From Flectonema sp. DT1601 (lineage: Eukaryota): a stretch of 64,000 bases of DNA. The position numbers and the translations under genes were made by a program. Where the stretch lies: assembly GCA_964019425.1 (NCBI GenBank), contig OZ025780.1, positions 1,364,001 through 1,428,000 on the forward strand. Direction: 5' to 3'. The notes under the pieces were generated by a model, which was not told the origin of the DNA, ran no database searches, and saw nothing but the letters and a program-made list of their open reading frames with translations. Below are positions 33,701 through 43,719 of this stretch, piece after piece; positions within the stretch are counted from its first letter, which is position 1, and each line of letters begins with the position of its first letter.

Positions 33701-34034
33701 CTAATAGTTTATGAATGATATCAGTTATTGTTTTGAATAAAGGAATTTTCGATATTACCAAGATCCCTCTCTGTACAGCACCTCTCTGTGCAGTAGCAGT
33801 TTTCAATGCGCGATATCCGCCCACGGCGTATAAATGATCCCCTTGGTTTGTATCTAATATAGCATAAACTGTGTCTTTGTGAGTTTCATGTGCTCCATCA
33901 GGAAAACACATGTCATGCAAGTTACTTTGAACAATCGAACTAAAATCTGGGACAACGGGCCAACTTTGTGATAGAGTATTTCCTACTTGAATGTCAAAAT
34001 CACAAAGAGAAACGCTATGAATAAGATTATCCAT
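30768..34034 (-). CDS. DENN/AVL9-like putative Rab-GEF + GRAM/PH + DysF (dysferlin/Pex24-like) domain protein, 1088 aa
   Basis: FDIQVGNTL...MCFPDGAH (uDENN/longin), VCGATNPFY (DENN core), GRIWVSKNYLCF (GRAM), WESQRFYPVAGW...WDW...RRRRWTRTR (DysF). Confidence 0.85.
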   Translation of the reverse strand: MDNLIHSVSLCDFDIQVGNTLSQSWPVVPDFSSIVQSNLHDMCFPDGAHETHKDTVYAILDTNQGDHLYAVGGYRALKTATAQRGAVQRGILVISKIPLFKTITDIIHKLLEWWLCCGPNVNDDGTLVEDASWVEVMADSPTNITLTGLPRNPTKAEDSLFLEKLYNSLTHGFSQACNGDRNVIIPYSFEMEELSIATELLAPVYGIPQSCLKAEDKLATLSDALSYGSCLGTLLSIFKSDTAKIYTALLNRRTICFVDHGNAAEVGMCVLATCHLIRPLTLTASEVVPYFTVTDASKIEELGFCVCGATNPFYEDPGRNKWASLICSLKTKTVYVNQPLTVSKAASRVVSHVVQGILKENRTEAWIRNFFEWNTARSLLSDLQSGTNTSEQTPSLSQEDLFQCISATEDITATITKCHEVNKQKTAIHADWFQAMTDVLKGVALRSEKPQHDMYSQISAYQLCEELGGFDDITTTGCGSRTVRSAIAQLYYEESKTRRLLTELRERIYLLIDDLNVSNNSAVQCEENKIFTDTFNTNQYQLYNMTSQVLLHSANCTVESFSSSDGGATVRKEKASGRIWVSKNYLCFTASLFSRIGKNTSLEVVPFDLVTSVEKSELHNEGIRLCVRDDSRDAEVHISSVGDYYRMLTLLETLTEKQKRTIALLNALDPVIAVPETAHSSPLNVTSRLVIPCGLYLYDRRVTEQIWESQRFYPVAGWSAKLMPHDPPSFSDRTGKRERRFTGKHEVSLPPGWDWLSDWTPDTWDFSTDFKKHPKEWKSLRSKFDVCRRRRWTRTRRLSRDLHGTPLPIMVNNNGPMGGGFIAADEPLDEPKKIADDVSCSTANENKNETNTHEDPEVTPMQSPRSETANELPGGSFGARCRQAAPITRPVISPVISPSDFAPTAVLPSPDELSGVKLGDFTSEGGALNPYHPNSPVPASAFTKIVDSEKVPVDALMAEANGCDVRPEGKARRRDRFVALKNEIKNDLKDLKTDLISHGHSQGSPAPMSVSRGVVMMNSTELSKSFSSPSGRDYNWDPASPISESTEGSPVFTPNEKPSKPRRGTLVGSFKQLVTRSPKVPPPPPPLC

Positions 34035-34471
34035 TATGGGTAAGGGAGGTGTAGGAAGGCTCTACGGACAGCAATTTGTTCTGTCCGCGTGAGGTCTGAA
34101 TGGGGGAAAAAATAGAAGTCAACACAGCAAACCCAACTTCTTATGCTTTTTCATTAATAAATTAATATCTGCGTAGGAAATAATAATATAACACTCATTC
34201 AGGAACAAATTTACTCTTTTTTGTAGGTTTGTTTTTTTTTCCACATCAAAGACGGTCGGTGGTAAGGCTGAAATCCTTTACCAAGTTTCCTCAGCTCTTT
34301 TTTTTTTTTTTGATATGTGGAAGAAACAAAACAATAGTAGTATTGTTGATTAAAACGAAATTCATTAAATTTTATCATTTTTTTAAAATTTCAAAAAAAA
34401 AAAAAAGAACGAAAGAACGAAAGAACGAAAGAACGACAGAAACTACTAATTATAATTAATTAATAAAAAAA

Positions 34472-35150
34472 ACTGAAATTTCAATCATGAAAGTTATCGT
34501 CCCATGCGATAGTAGAATACAATAGATAACCAACTTTCTACATTTTCGCCAATGGGAGAATGCGTACTGTCCTTTCGGAGTTTCTCTGAAGTGGCCCAAC
34601 GGAACACTTTTCTAAAGATTTAATCACACTACTCCGGCACTGACTTAAGTTAATTTAATCTGGACCCCCGGATGTGTTTGTTGTAATTACGATACCTGCC
34701 TTACCTTAAATTACTCCTTCCCAACCAAGCTCGGCCATCACGTGTATTTTGGGAGCGAAAAAAAAAAAAAAGAAAATCTTACTGAAACAGCGAAAAATTG
34801 AAATTATTAGAGGGAAAAAAAAAGTGCTGGCACCCAACAGCAAAAAAAAAAAAAAAAACAAAGAGTTGTTCACAACAGCGAAAACTTTTTTTTGGGTGCA
34901 GGCAACGGAGAAAAAAAAAATTAAGGTGACAGGCAACGGAGGAAGTCCCTTATTATTTATAATTCAAAAAAAAAAAAAGAAAAACAGATAGAGGTGAATT
35001 GGAAGAATAGTATAGTGCTGATGGAAAAATTCGAACGTGCAAAACAAAAAAAAAAGACTGAAATTTCAATCATGAACGTTATCGTCCCATGCAATTGTAG
35101 AATAAAATAGATAACAAACTTTCTACATTTTCGCCAATGGGAGAATGCGT
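34472..35150. repeat. 94-bp direct repeat (34472-34565 and 35057-35150) able to fold into a long hairpin
   Basis: 89/94 identical; internal complementarity TCCCAT/ATGGGA, GCGA/TCGC, GTAGAA/TTCTAC. Confidence 0.9.
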
Positions 35151-35219
35151 GACACAATCGTGTGTATTCGAACTAGAAGTGCAAGTAAAAACCGTAAACA
35201 CAATGAAAGCAGTGAAAAG

Positions 35220-36029
35220 TTAATCCAACGTAAAACCCAAAGGGGGAGGAGACACAGGCGGGGTTAAAAACCCAAGGAAATAGTCACGAATCTCATCCGA
35301 GGCGTAGTAGAATGCTTGTTTGTCTATTGAGCATGCGATTCGGACAATTGGAAGAGAATTACGAAGACGGTGACTGGCACAACGTAAACTCCAAGAAAAT
35401 TTAGATACAGATAAACGCACAATTTCTTCATCATCACGGATACGAGGAGACGAACGGTCTAAGGCCATCGAACCATGTTGAACAGCGATTAAGAAAATAT
35501 CCCTATCATCAGACAGAGGGGTTGGAAACATTGAAAAAGCCTTCGCGAAACCTTCAATTTCATTCAGCAGGGACATTACAAAATCTTTATCAGATTTCAG
35601 CCTATCCGATGCAAATCGAAAAGCAGAACCAGTACTCTCAACAGCTCTCCTTACAATAACAGGATCGTCACGTAGGGCCATCGATGCGAACTGAAGATCT
35701 CCTCCCCTACATGAAACAGCTTCTTTTACTATCAGGTAAGAATCAGCCGCCCAACTGGGAAGGTCACTGAGTTTCCTACCTTTCCTCAGTGATAATATCT
35801 CAGGCTTGTAGCTGCGACATATTTCAAAACTCTCTCCGCCCATCACTCCCAGGTCGGTTAGTCTGCATCTCCTTTTTACAATGTTTCCCTGGTATGTTAT
35901 ATTAAATCGTATTTCATCAATACCGATCTCATCAGCTGCCAACCTGATAAGGTCACCTCCGGTCATGTTTGGAGTAATTGTGAGGATGGATTCTCGCCCT
36001 TGGTTAGGATCAGACACGAATACCTCCAT
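35220..36029 (-). CDS. N-terminal ubiquitin-like domain + DUF4116 repeat protein, 269 aa
   Basis: MEVFVSDP...ITYQG...LTDLGVMGG Ubl-like fold; repeated LQFASMALRDD / FRFASDRLKSDKDFV units. Confidence 0.85.
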   Translation of the reverse strand: MEVFVSDPNQGRESILTITPNMTGGDLIRLAADEIGIDEIRFNITYQGNIVKRRCRLTDLGVMGGESFEICRSYKPEILSLRKGRKLSDLPSWAADSYLIVKEAVSCRGGDLQFASMALRDDPVIVRRAVESTGSAFRFASDRLKSDKDFVMSLLNEIEGFAKAFSMFPTPLSDDRDIFLIAVQHGSMALDRSSPRIRDDEEIVRLSVSKFSWSLRCASHRLRNSLPIVRIACSIDKQAFYYASDEIRDYFLGFLTPPVSPPPLGFTLD

Positions 36030-36263
36030 CTTTTCATTTAGACTGTTTGTATAGAATTGGTTGTGTTAAAAAGACTTTATTAGATTTGTTGGGTCGCTCT
36101 CAGGTAGGACTCATCAAGTCTGATTAAATAGAATATGGGTAATTACAAAAAAGAGATTTAACTTAAAATCGTAGATCGTTCTTTTCATTCGAAAAAAGAA
36201 GATAAATCTAAGCGTTAGTAATTAAACAAATTATAATACAATAACAGAATCTAGAAGGTACAC

Positions 36264-37325
36264 TTAACTGCAATCTACTTCAGCTCTTTGCCTCTGCATC
36301 TTCGCCCATGGAGTTGGGATAGGACCAACTCTCGATGTTGGTGATCTCGTATACGTGAGGATAGCATCGGGTTGAGGAGTTAGCGCAGAGTTACAGAGTG
36401 TTTCAATAGCAGTTTTTGCTTCTTCGACAGAAGACTCCAATCCTCGAATTGAAATGATATTTGAACACCATCCTTCACCAAGTTCTATGTTTACCGACAC
36501 ATTATGCTGCGTTCGTATTCCTTGTAATCCATAACCTTGAACTGTTACAAGGGGACGTAGGGTTCCAGCAGGAATAGCAAAATACTTCGTAACTTCACAA
36601 TTAGGTTGTTGAGATCGCTTCCCAGTCTCGTGTCGCAGTCTTTCAATTTTTGGAGACGACGGTAAAGTTGCGCCAAAGGATAACAACGTGTCTTGTAATT
36701 CTTGGATTTCAGTTTTTTTTTCTTCAGTTACGAGTTTAAGTTCAGCCCACTCATCTTCATTAGCAAGCCTTTGATGTAGTTCTTGACCTGTCGAGACGCA
36801 ACGTTCTTTCAAAAGAGTTATATAGGCCTCGTCAATTTTAACTTCGCTGTTAATGAGGTTCTCCAATTTTAATGTGAGAACATTTAGTGAAGCAAGTTCT
36901 CTCGGATAGCAGGCATTGCGTTGCTGAAGAGAGATTAATTCCTCTTGAAGCTTGTCTCTAGTCTTTCTTTCATCCAAAGCAGGTACCTGTTCGTGAAGAA
37001 TTCTGTGCCGCTCTTGTTCCAAAGCGTGAACTTCTAAAGTCAAGCATGATAGCTCTGTTTGTGTCATTTTAACCTTGTCTCTATTAACATTCATTTTATT
37101 CTTTTCAAGTCTTATGTCTTCCTTACACGTGAGGATTGCGCCTTCTAAACCGGAAACAGCCCTCCTCCTTCTATCGAACTCTTTGAATACTCCGATTGCT
37201 TGTTCTTTTGCTTCTCCTTCGCATCCCTCAATTTGAAGGATTTTTCGATCAATCGAATCATCGACTTCGTCTAAGAGAGCCTCGAATTCAGCAGCTTCAA
37301 GAAGGATAGTTTCAGGATCTTCCAT
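36264..37325 (-). CDS. Coiled-coil protein with C-terminal KH-like domain (degenerate GxxG loop), 353 aa
   Basis: FAIPAGTLRPLVTVQGYGLQGIRTQHNVSVNI...ISIRGLESSVEEAKTAIE matches a KH pattern. Confidence 0.75.
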   Translation of the reverse strand: MEDPETILLEAAEFEALLDEVDDSIDRKILQIEGCEGEAKEQAIGVFKEFDRRRRAVSGLEGAILTCKEDIRLEKNKMNVNRDKVKMTQTELSCLTLEVHALEQERHRILHEQVPALDERKTRDKLQEELISLQQRNACYPRELASLNVLTLKLENLINSEVKIDEAYITLLKERCVSTGQELHQRLANEDEWAELKLVTEEKKTEIQELQDTLLSFGATLPSSPKIERLRHETGKRSQQPNCEVTKYFAIPAGTLRPLVTVQGYGLQGIRTQHNVSVNIELGEGWCSNIISIRGLESSVEEAKTAIETLCNSALTPQPDAILTYTRSPTSRVGPIPTPWAKMQRQRAEVDCS

Positions 37326-37499
37326 GGTAATATTTCTATTTGTGTATTTAGACTGTGACAGTAAGAAGAAAAAAAATAGAATTGACGAATATAAGAAACG
37401 ATGAGTGAATTGTACAAAATACCGTTCGTACGAATTAACAAGGAGAGGTCAGAGGGTGTGTAATAATAAGTGACGTGGGTAAATAATCTTTTTTTGGAT

Positions 37500-39107
37500 T
37501 CACACTCCAGTCTGAACACCTCTGGCAGGTGTTCTGAAATGCAAATCCTTCGAATAATCAGGTAGTGAAGCAGTGTTAGTACAGTAAGTGTCATGTTGAT
37601 AAGAAGTGGTACCTGAAGAAGGTCGTTTGTGAAGCTGAATGACCAACATAATAGTCATCAGCATTGCAATCAAAAGAACTGCAGTCCTCCATCTTCGACC
37701 AGCTATACGCTCATCATGAAAGAAGTTTGTTTTGAGAATCACAGACTTGGTTGGGTTAGAGAGGTTTGCTTTATCAATTATTTTAATTTGATTATTTTTC
37801 TCTTTGGTGATCACAGAATTGATTTCCCAGTAAGGTTTGATTGGCTGAGATGACAATAAAACAGACACTTTAACAAACAAAGGACATTTCATCAAAACAC
37901 AGCAATCAGCTCTCATAGCAGCACCATACGCAATTGCTAAATTTCTGAGAGGAGTTAGAAGATGTTCGTTGCTGTGAGAAAGGGTTTGCCGGTTTGGCAT
38001 CTCTCCAAAGTATATTTTATCTAATAAAAAACTCCGTTGTGTCGCAGTACTGAGGTGAACAACAACAGCCGAACCGACAATAACAGTCGGAGAGCTGTAA
38101 AGATTTCCCCTTACTTTTGTCAGGTAAACCTCGTCTTTGTTAAAAGATTTTATTTCAATCATTTCGTTATACTCTGAAACTGTCAAACTCGGAAACAGAA
38201 TAAAATTAATTCCAATTCTCTGTTTTGATTTACAGTCTTCAGTCTGAATCCAATCACCAAAATTAAAATTATTTAATGTTCCATTTTGAAGCCGTCTTAT
38301 GGCTGTCTCATGTGTTAGTGTAAACTCTTCATTCATAGTTGAGTATAATTTACTTGAATCGTGGTTAGTAAACGACATACTACTGTGATTAAAACTAATT
38401 GCATTGATGTGTTGATGAATGGGTCCAAACCCGAATGAGTTAATCACGTTTGCTGAAACAGCTATTACACTCTTCCGGTGTCTTTTATGATACAGATAAG
38501 CCTCTACTAAAGATGTTATCGAGTTTTTACTGCTGTACACAACGTCATCATCTATCTTTATAAAAAGATGATTTTCTCTAATAGCATCAAAGTAAACCTT
38601 TCCATAGAATAAATCTTTCAGTGTTGTGTTATGAAAAGAAACGAATTCGGAGTCTGAGGGTGATAACTTTGATTTTAACATGTTACCGAGAGTCTCATTG
38701 TATGAATCAAAAAAATGATATAGTCGGATGTGTTGTACAATGCCTCCTCTCGATACTGAATTTGATAGTATAAACTCCCATAAACCAAACACCGGATAGT
38801 CCCTCACTGATACAAAATACCAAATCTCAACTGCTAAGCCATACAATGACAGTTTTCTTCTTAAGTTGATTGATCTGCTATGTCTACTATCGCTGTGCTC
38901 AGGTTCAATACATTTTTGGTTTTCGTTTTTAAAGTTTTGTTTTGTTTTTCTTATATCGATGACAGGTTGACATGCCTCTCTCAAGTCTGATATTTGTTTA
39001 TTTCGACTCCCATCAACATGTTTAACTCCACCAACAAGAATTATAATCAAGGCAACAACTATAGTATGAAGGCACTGAATTGATAAGGTGAATGCAGATG
39101 TTGACAT
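37500..39107 (-). CDS. Putative GT-A-fold glycosyltransferase-like membrane protein, ~535 aa
   Basis: N-terminal hydrophobic anchor, FIKIDDDVVY (DxD), VSANVIN, a late VVHLS motif and a second hydrophobic segment near the C-terminus. Start placed at MSTSAF. Confidence 0.65.
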   Translation of the reverse strand: MSTSAFTLSIQCLHTIVVALIIILVGGVKHVDGSRNKQISDLREACQPVIDIRKTKQNFKNENQKCIEPEHSDSRHSRSINLRRKLSLYGLAVEIWYFVSVRDYPVFGLWEFILSNSVSRGGIVQHIRLYHFFDSYNETLGNMLKSKLSPSDSEFVSFHNTTLKDLFYGKVYFDAIRENHLFIKIDDDVVYSSKNSITSLVEAYLYHKRHRKSVIAVSANVINSFGFGPIHQHINAISFNHSSMSFTNHDSSKLYSTMNEEFTLTHETAIRRLQNGTLNNFNFGDWIQTEDCKSKQRIGINFILFPSLTVSEYNEMIEIKSFNKDEVYLTKVRGNLYSSPTVIVGSAVVVHLSTATQRSFLLDKIYFGEMPNRQTLSHSNEHLLTPLRNLAIAYGAAMRADCCVLMKCPLFVKVSVLLSSQPIKPYWEINSVITKEKNNQIKIIDKANLSNPTKSVILKTNFFHDERIAGRRWRTAVLLIAMLMTIMLVIQLHKRPSSGTTSYQHDTYCTNTASLPDYSKDLHFRTPARGVQTGV

Positions 39108-40190
39108 GTTCTTTTTTTTAAAATAGAAATCTTTATTATGGTATCTCAACACCCTCGAACATCAGACATAATTTATTGCGCCTGAATAAAAGAAGATTAT
39201 AAAGGAAGTAGATGGTCAGCTACGGTAAACATCGCGCGAAAACACGTAACCACCGACCATAATTGAAGAGGAATCGTTAGCAGATACGTTTCTATTAATC
39301 AATACTCACAAAGGAGAGGAACACAAAGCAATAAAAAAAAAAAGAAAGAAAGAAAAAACGACATCAAAACGCATCCAACATAAGCAACCATCAACGAGCA
39401 AAACAACATCATGTATGACAGCGTAGTTGTGCAAAGAGCTTCGCTCACGGCTATTTTTTTTTTTAAAGGGAAAAATTTTTTTTTTTTTTGTTTTTTTTTT
39501 TTATTTACTAACTCTAAAACATTGAAAGAGAATAGAAAATGCGAACCGACATCCAAATAAAAAAAAAAAAAAAAAAAAATCACCCTCTCTCAGCAAGTAT
39601 TCTGATGAATCTTGGAAATAAAAAAAACTGAGCCTAAAAACGTTATTTCAAAGCACACTTATTTGCAGTAATGACATAATTCCGAGAGAGAGTAACATGT
39701 GCGCTTATTCAAAAAAAAACGGGCGCAAGTTGTCGTTCAGCCGTCTATGAGAACAGCTGAACGATGGAGAGAGCAAAAAAAAGTTCAACGTGGGCTATCT
39801 GATAATTATGAAATAATCAAAATTCTTATTCTTTCTTTCTTTCTTTCTTTTTTTTCTTTTTTTTTTCATTAAAAAAAAAAAGAAAAAAATGCAATATTTC
39901 CTCTTAAGCTTGTTAACTTGTATTATTGAGGCTGTGTAAGAGAGAGTACAAAAGGTGTTTTTTTTTTTTTTTTAATTACTCACAACTGACACACGCATGA
40001 GCTGTGAAGAAAAAAAATTTTTAAAAAAAAAATCGACTGCGTTGACTGTACGATTTTTTTGTTTGGATAAATTATTAAATTTGCGTGAAAAAAGTCATAC
40101 GCAAAAGCACACACGAAAATAATGAAACAGAGGGGGGAAAAAACTTGCAAAAAAAAAGTAAATTGAACATTAGCAAACCGAACGAGAAGT

Positions 40191-42647
40191 CTAGTTTGGA
40201 AGAAACGTACCGAGACGGTTTCTACCCCAGTTAATGATTTCCGATGAAGCTGGTATGTGTTGGTACTGAACTGATCCTGGCTCCTCACCTGCTTTCTGAA
40301 ACTGTGGAAGAGTTACCGTCGATGATCCATTTACCGCAGTGATCATAGCGTTGAATGTCGGGTAAACATAGATTGTGTTATTGAATACCTGTGTTTTATC
40401 CCAGTCGTGTCCTTCCTTGTCTTTACCCCACGCCTGGCGGTAGGCGAGGTTGCCATGGTTTTCACCCGAAACAAGAACGTCATTGTGCCAAAGGTTTGGA
40501 GCAAATACTACTTTCGATTTCAAAACGCATCCCGCGTCGAATTTTCCTCCAGTTGTGACGAATGCTTTGACGTTATTGAATGATTCAATTCCTCCACACT
40601 TAAACTTTTGTCCCCATCCGTACACCATAAAGTTTGAATGGACTCTGTAGAATAACGAACCATCATCATTATCAACTTCTTTAACACCTCCATAGTTAGC
40701 AATTACAATATTGCGTGTTATGTTTCTCCATTGCATCTGCCAGTCTGGTTGACCCGTTCTGATGGTAGTCATGTAAGGTTGCCTATCCCAACTGTTGATA
40801 GGCCCGTGGTCAGATGATTCTCTGCAGGTATTAAATAAAATATTTTCATAAATCTGATCTCCACCTCCAAATCCATCGTTCATATTGAAACCTGCCCTGG
40901 CGAGGTTGAAAACTATATTACCACGGACGACGCTTTCCGCACTCTTAGCCTGGAAGTAAGCCGATGATTGTTTCTCCCAAATTCCAATCTCGCGAAATAA
41001 GTTTCCAATAATTGTCGTGTAACGAGGGAAGTCTCCAGTTGTTCCATCGTAGCCATGAATTCCGTTGTCGCTGATTTCGTCAGTCCATCCCCAGGCTGCA
41101 ACAGCCGAGGACCCAAGCCAAGCAAATTCATTCAACTGAACAGTCGTGTGAAGGGCTGACTTTGAGATCATGATTGAGTTCCCTCCTAACTTCCAAAACT
41201 TACATTTTGAAATATCAATGTTGACTGAGTTTTCAATAAAGACAACCCCCATACGTTCTAATGACCAATCACCACCAGAGGGAACCGCATGAGGTTCCAG
41301 CATAGTCTGACGAGTGTCACGAAAACCAAGACCAGTAATTGTGATGTCCTTGACTGGAGTTGATTTCGACGGTGAAGTTATTGACAACAAGTCTTTCTCA
41401 GTGACAGCAATAATTTCAGAGCTAGCTGAAGGAGGAGTACCCTCAGTGGTATTCGATGAGATGTATAATATTTTCTTATCAATATCGTAGTAGTACTCCC
41501 CTACGACGTCAAGCTCCTCAATAACATTTTCAATGTAATAATCAGAACCTGGTCCTCCTCTGCTTCCCTGAAACCCTCCCTTGCCAACAATAATGTTTGT
41601 CGAATCATCAGCATGGTAGCTTTCAATTTCAAATTTCCAATTTGCCCAATGGGCTGCTCTCCAAGCGCTCAAGTACGCCTTATTCTTTGTACCGATTTTG
41701 GAAAGACTCGGGTAGCTCTTTGGTAGTGAAGTTTTCGTGTTTAAACCTCCCGGTAGGTAGTACGTGAAACATCCTCCACAACCACTTCCTTTGCTGATAG
41801 TGGATGTGTTTTGACAGAAGAATGAAAAAGGAGGATCATAAACAGCGCAAGTACCGTTAATTCCACCCGAGTAGTCAGTAAAGTACATGTCCCAGGTACG
41901 ACCAGTCACATTCACAAGTTTGGCTTGATTAGGATTTGGTTTAATCTTTGGTTCCAACCAGTCACCTCTGGCTGAAGTCAGGTATCCGATTGGCCAAAAC
42001 TGACTTTCCGGGTTCGCATTTGGGTATCTTGCTAACCAGGCTCTCTCACCATCAACACGGAGTTCTGATATTTCTTTGTCGTCAGTCATAACAGAAGAGA
42101 TGTCAGCTTCCCAAATATTGTATCCCTTCAAATTAGACTTCTGCCATTTAAGATTCTCTAACTTTCTACCACCAGAAAGCCAAACTTCTTCACCAGGGTA
42201 GTTGGTTACAGTCATCCCGTTGTGTTCGGCACCCATCTTCAGAGTTTCCTTAATGTAGTAGGTGCCAGCACGGATTACAACAGCGTTCATCTTCATAGTC
42301 AGTGCGTGTGCGATAGTCTTCAATGGCTTGTCGATAGACCCGCTGTTTGTATCCTGACCTGTTGCTCCGTCAACATACACCGCATTGTGTGGAAGGTCAT
42401 TCCTTGGAGGAAAGACTATCGGGAGCTTTGACGGATCTGGTCGGACAGAATCGTTACAAAACTTTTGAAGCTGCAAGGCATCGAAAACCTTCGCTTCTGC
42501 ATCGGGTCTCAGTTTTTTTGCGTATTCTGCAGTTAGTTTTCTCCAATCACACATGAAGTCGGCAGGTGTTCCTGGCTGATCAGGTCCATACCCCTGACCA
42601 CTAACGCTAGCAGCAGCAGCTGCGAGTAACACGGCAGCACTCTTCAT
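40191..42647 (-). CDS. Secreted right-handed parallel beta-helix protein (pectin-lyase-like fold, GH141-like), ~818 aa
   Basis: Signal peptide MKSAAVLLAAAAASVSG; VYVDGATGQDTNSGSIDKPLKTI (DUF1565-like start); LARYPN, YYIENVIEELDVVGEYYYD and Asn-ladder repeats. Confidence 0.85.
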   Translation of the reverse strand: MKSAAVLLAAAAASVSGQGYGPDQPGTPADFMCDWRKLTAEYAKKLRPDAEAKVFDALQLQKFCNDSVRPDPSKLPIVFPPRNDLPHNAVYVDGATGQDTNSGSIDKPLKTIAHALTMKMNAVVIRAGTYYIKETLKMGAEHNGMTVTNYPGEEVWLSGGRKLENLKWQKSNLKGYNIWEADISSVMTDDKEISELRVDGERAWLARYPNANPESQFWPIGYLTSARGDWLEPKIKPNPNQAKLVNVTGRTWDMYFTDYSGGINGTCAVYDPPFSFFCQNTSTISKGSGCGGCFTYYLPGGLNTKTSLPKSYPSLSKIGTKNKAYLSAWRAAHWANWKFEIESYHADDSTNIIVGKGGFQGSRGGPGSDYYIENVIEELDVVGEYYYDIDKKILYISSNTTEGTPPSASSEIIAVTEKDLLSITSPSKSTPVKDITITGLGFRDTRQTMLEPHAVPSGGDWSLERMGVVFIENSVNIDISKCKFWKLGGNSIMISKSALHTTVQLNEFAWLGSSAVAAWGWTDEISDNGIHGYDGTTGDFPRYTTIIGNLFREIGIWEKQSSAYFQAKSAESVVRGNIVFNLARAGFNMNDGFGGGDQIYENILFNTCRESSDHGPINSWDRQPYMTTIRTGQPDWQMQWRNITRNIVIANYGGVKEVDNDDGSLFYRVHSNFMVYGWGQKFKCGGIESFNNVKAFVTTGGKFDAGCVLKSKVVFAPNLWHNDVLVSGENHGNLAYRQAWGKDKEGHDWDKTQVFNNTIYVYPTFNAMITAVNGSSTVTLPQFQKAGEEPGSVQYQHIPASSEIINWGRNRLGTFLPN

Positions 42648-43398
42648 AATTGGTGAGTGTGCTGCAATGGAAACATAATTTAAAAAGAATTGCAAATACA
42701 GTGTTTTCTACAACTCGTCCTTCCCGCAGTATCTCACCTGGTGGCCTTCTATGAACCGCTTTTTTTACTTTATTTAAATAAAAACAATAGGTGCGATAAA
42801 ATAAACGAGGTCACAACGATTTTTTTTTTTTTATTAAAAAAAAAAGGGGGGAAAAGGGGGGGAAATGACGTAATTGTTTTTTTTTTTTTTTTTTTTTTTT
42901 GTCGCATTCCCACAAGCATACGCTGTATAAACATTTTCAAATAAGGCTGATACTGTTGCCACGAGCAGCATGCTTCCCAACAGTTTTTTTTCGTAAGTAG
43001 AAAGTCAACGGCTTTTCCATTTACGACTTTGACCACCAAATGACGACTAACAAAGAAAGAAAAAAAAAAAAAAAAAGAAAAAACCAGTTAGGCAAGTAAG
43101 TTGTTAACACCGATAATTAATTTCTGTTCTTCTGTTCATTCATACTACATTCCGTCTAGGATAGTGGATAGTTACAACCATAAAGGACTACCAGTTGCGG
43201 AACTTAGGCCGCAAAAAAGGCATTACTTCAGAGCTAGGCTAGAACAACCTTGAAAATATCGCGAAAGGTATTACACACACATTGTTATTTCAATGAGTTC
43301 ATTCGAAATTCGCAATGTATTCAGGTTGTTTAGACATTAGTAAGGGTTAGTTTGCATACAGCTTTTAAAGTAATTCATTATGGTAAGGAAGAATGTGC

Positions 43399-43719
43399 TT
43401 ACTGTTGCTCACTTTCTCCTCTAGCAGCGCTGTAGAGGTTGCGGCCGTACATAATAAAATCGTGTTCGTCATTTTGTGCCCCGAATGTTCCTGCAGCCAA
43501 ACCGACTACTCCTGCAGGACCATTACAGATTCCTGCGATACCGATACCAATACCCCAGTATGTTGGTTCGTTAGCAATCGACTGCAATACTTTTTCACAA
43601 GCACTCACACGTGTGTCAGCTGATGGCTGTAATTCTCTCGCGAATGCATACATCGTTCCCATGCTGAACCCCCCAGCCAACTGTCCAAGCATCTTCGCAA
43701 AGTTTCCTCCTCTAAACAT
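43399..43719 (-). CDS. Small Gly-rich putative membrane protein, 106 aa
   Basis: GC-richer ORF in an AT-rich background, co-oriented with all genes, preceded by (AAAC)n...ACAACAG; contains GIGIGIAGICNGPAGVVGLAAG. Confidence 0.6.
   Translation of the reverse strand: MFRGGNFAKMLGQLAGGFSMGTMYAFARELQPSADTRVSACEKVLQSIANEPTYWGIGIGIAGICNGPAGVVGLAAGTFGAQNDEHDFIMYGRNLYSAARGESEQQ

Noticed and set aside
16588..34034. Functional cluster of endolysosomal genes (M6PR-like, HPS5-like, DENN-DysF)
   Set aside because: Interrupted by unrelated genes and repeats; neighbours in such arrays are usually functionally unrelated, and no synteny data are available.
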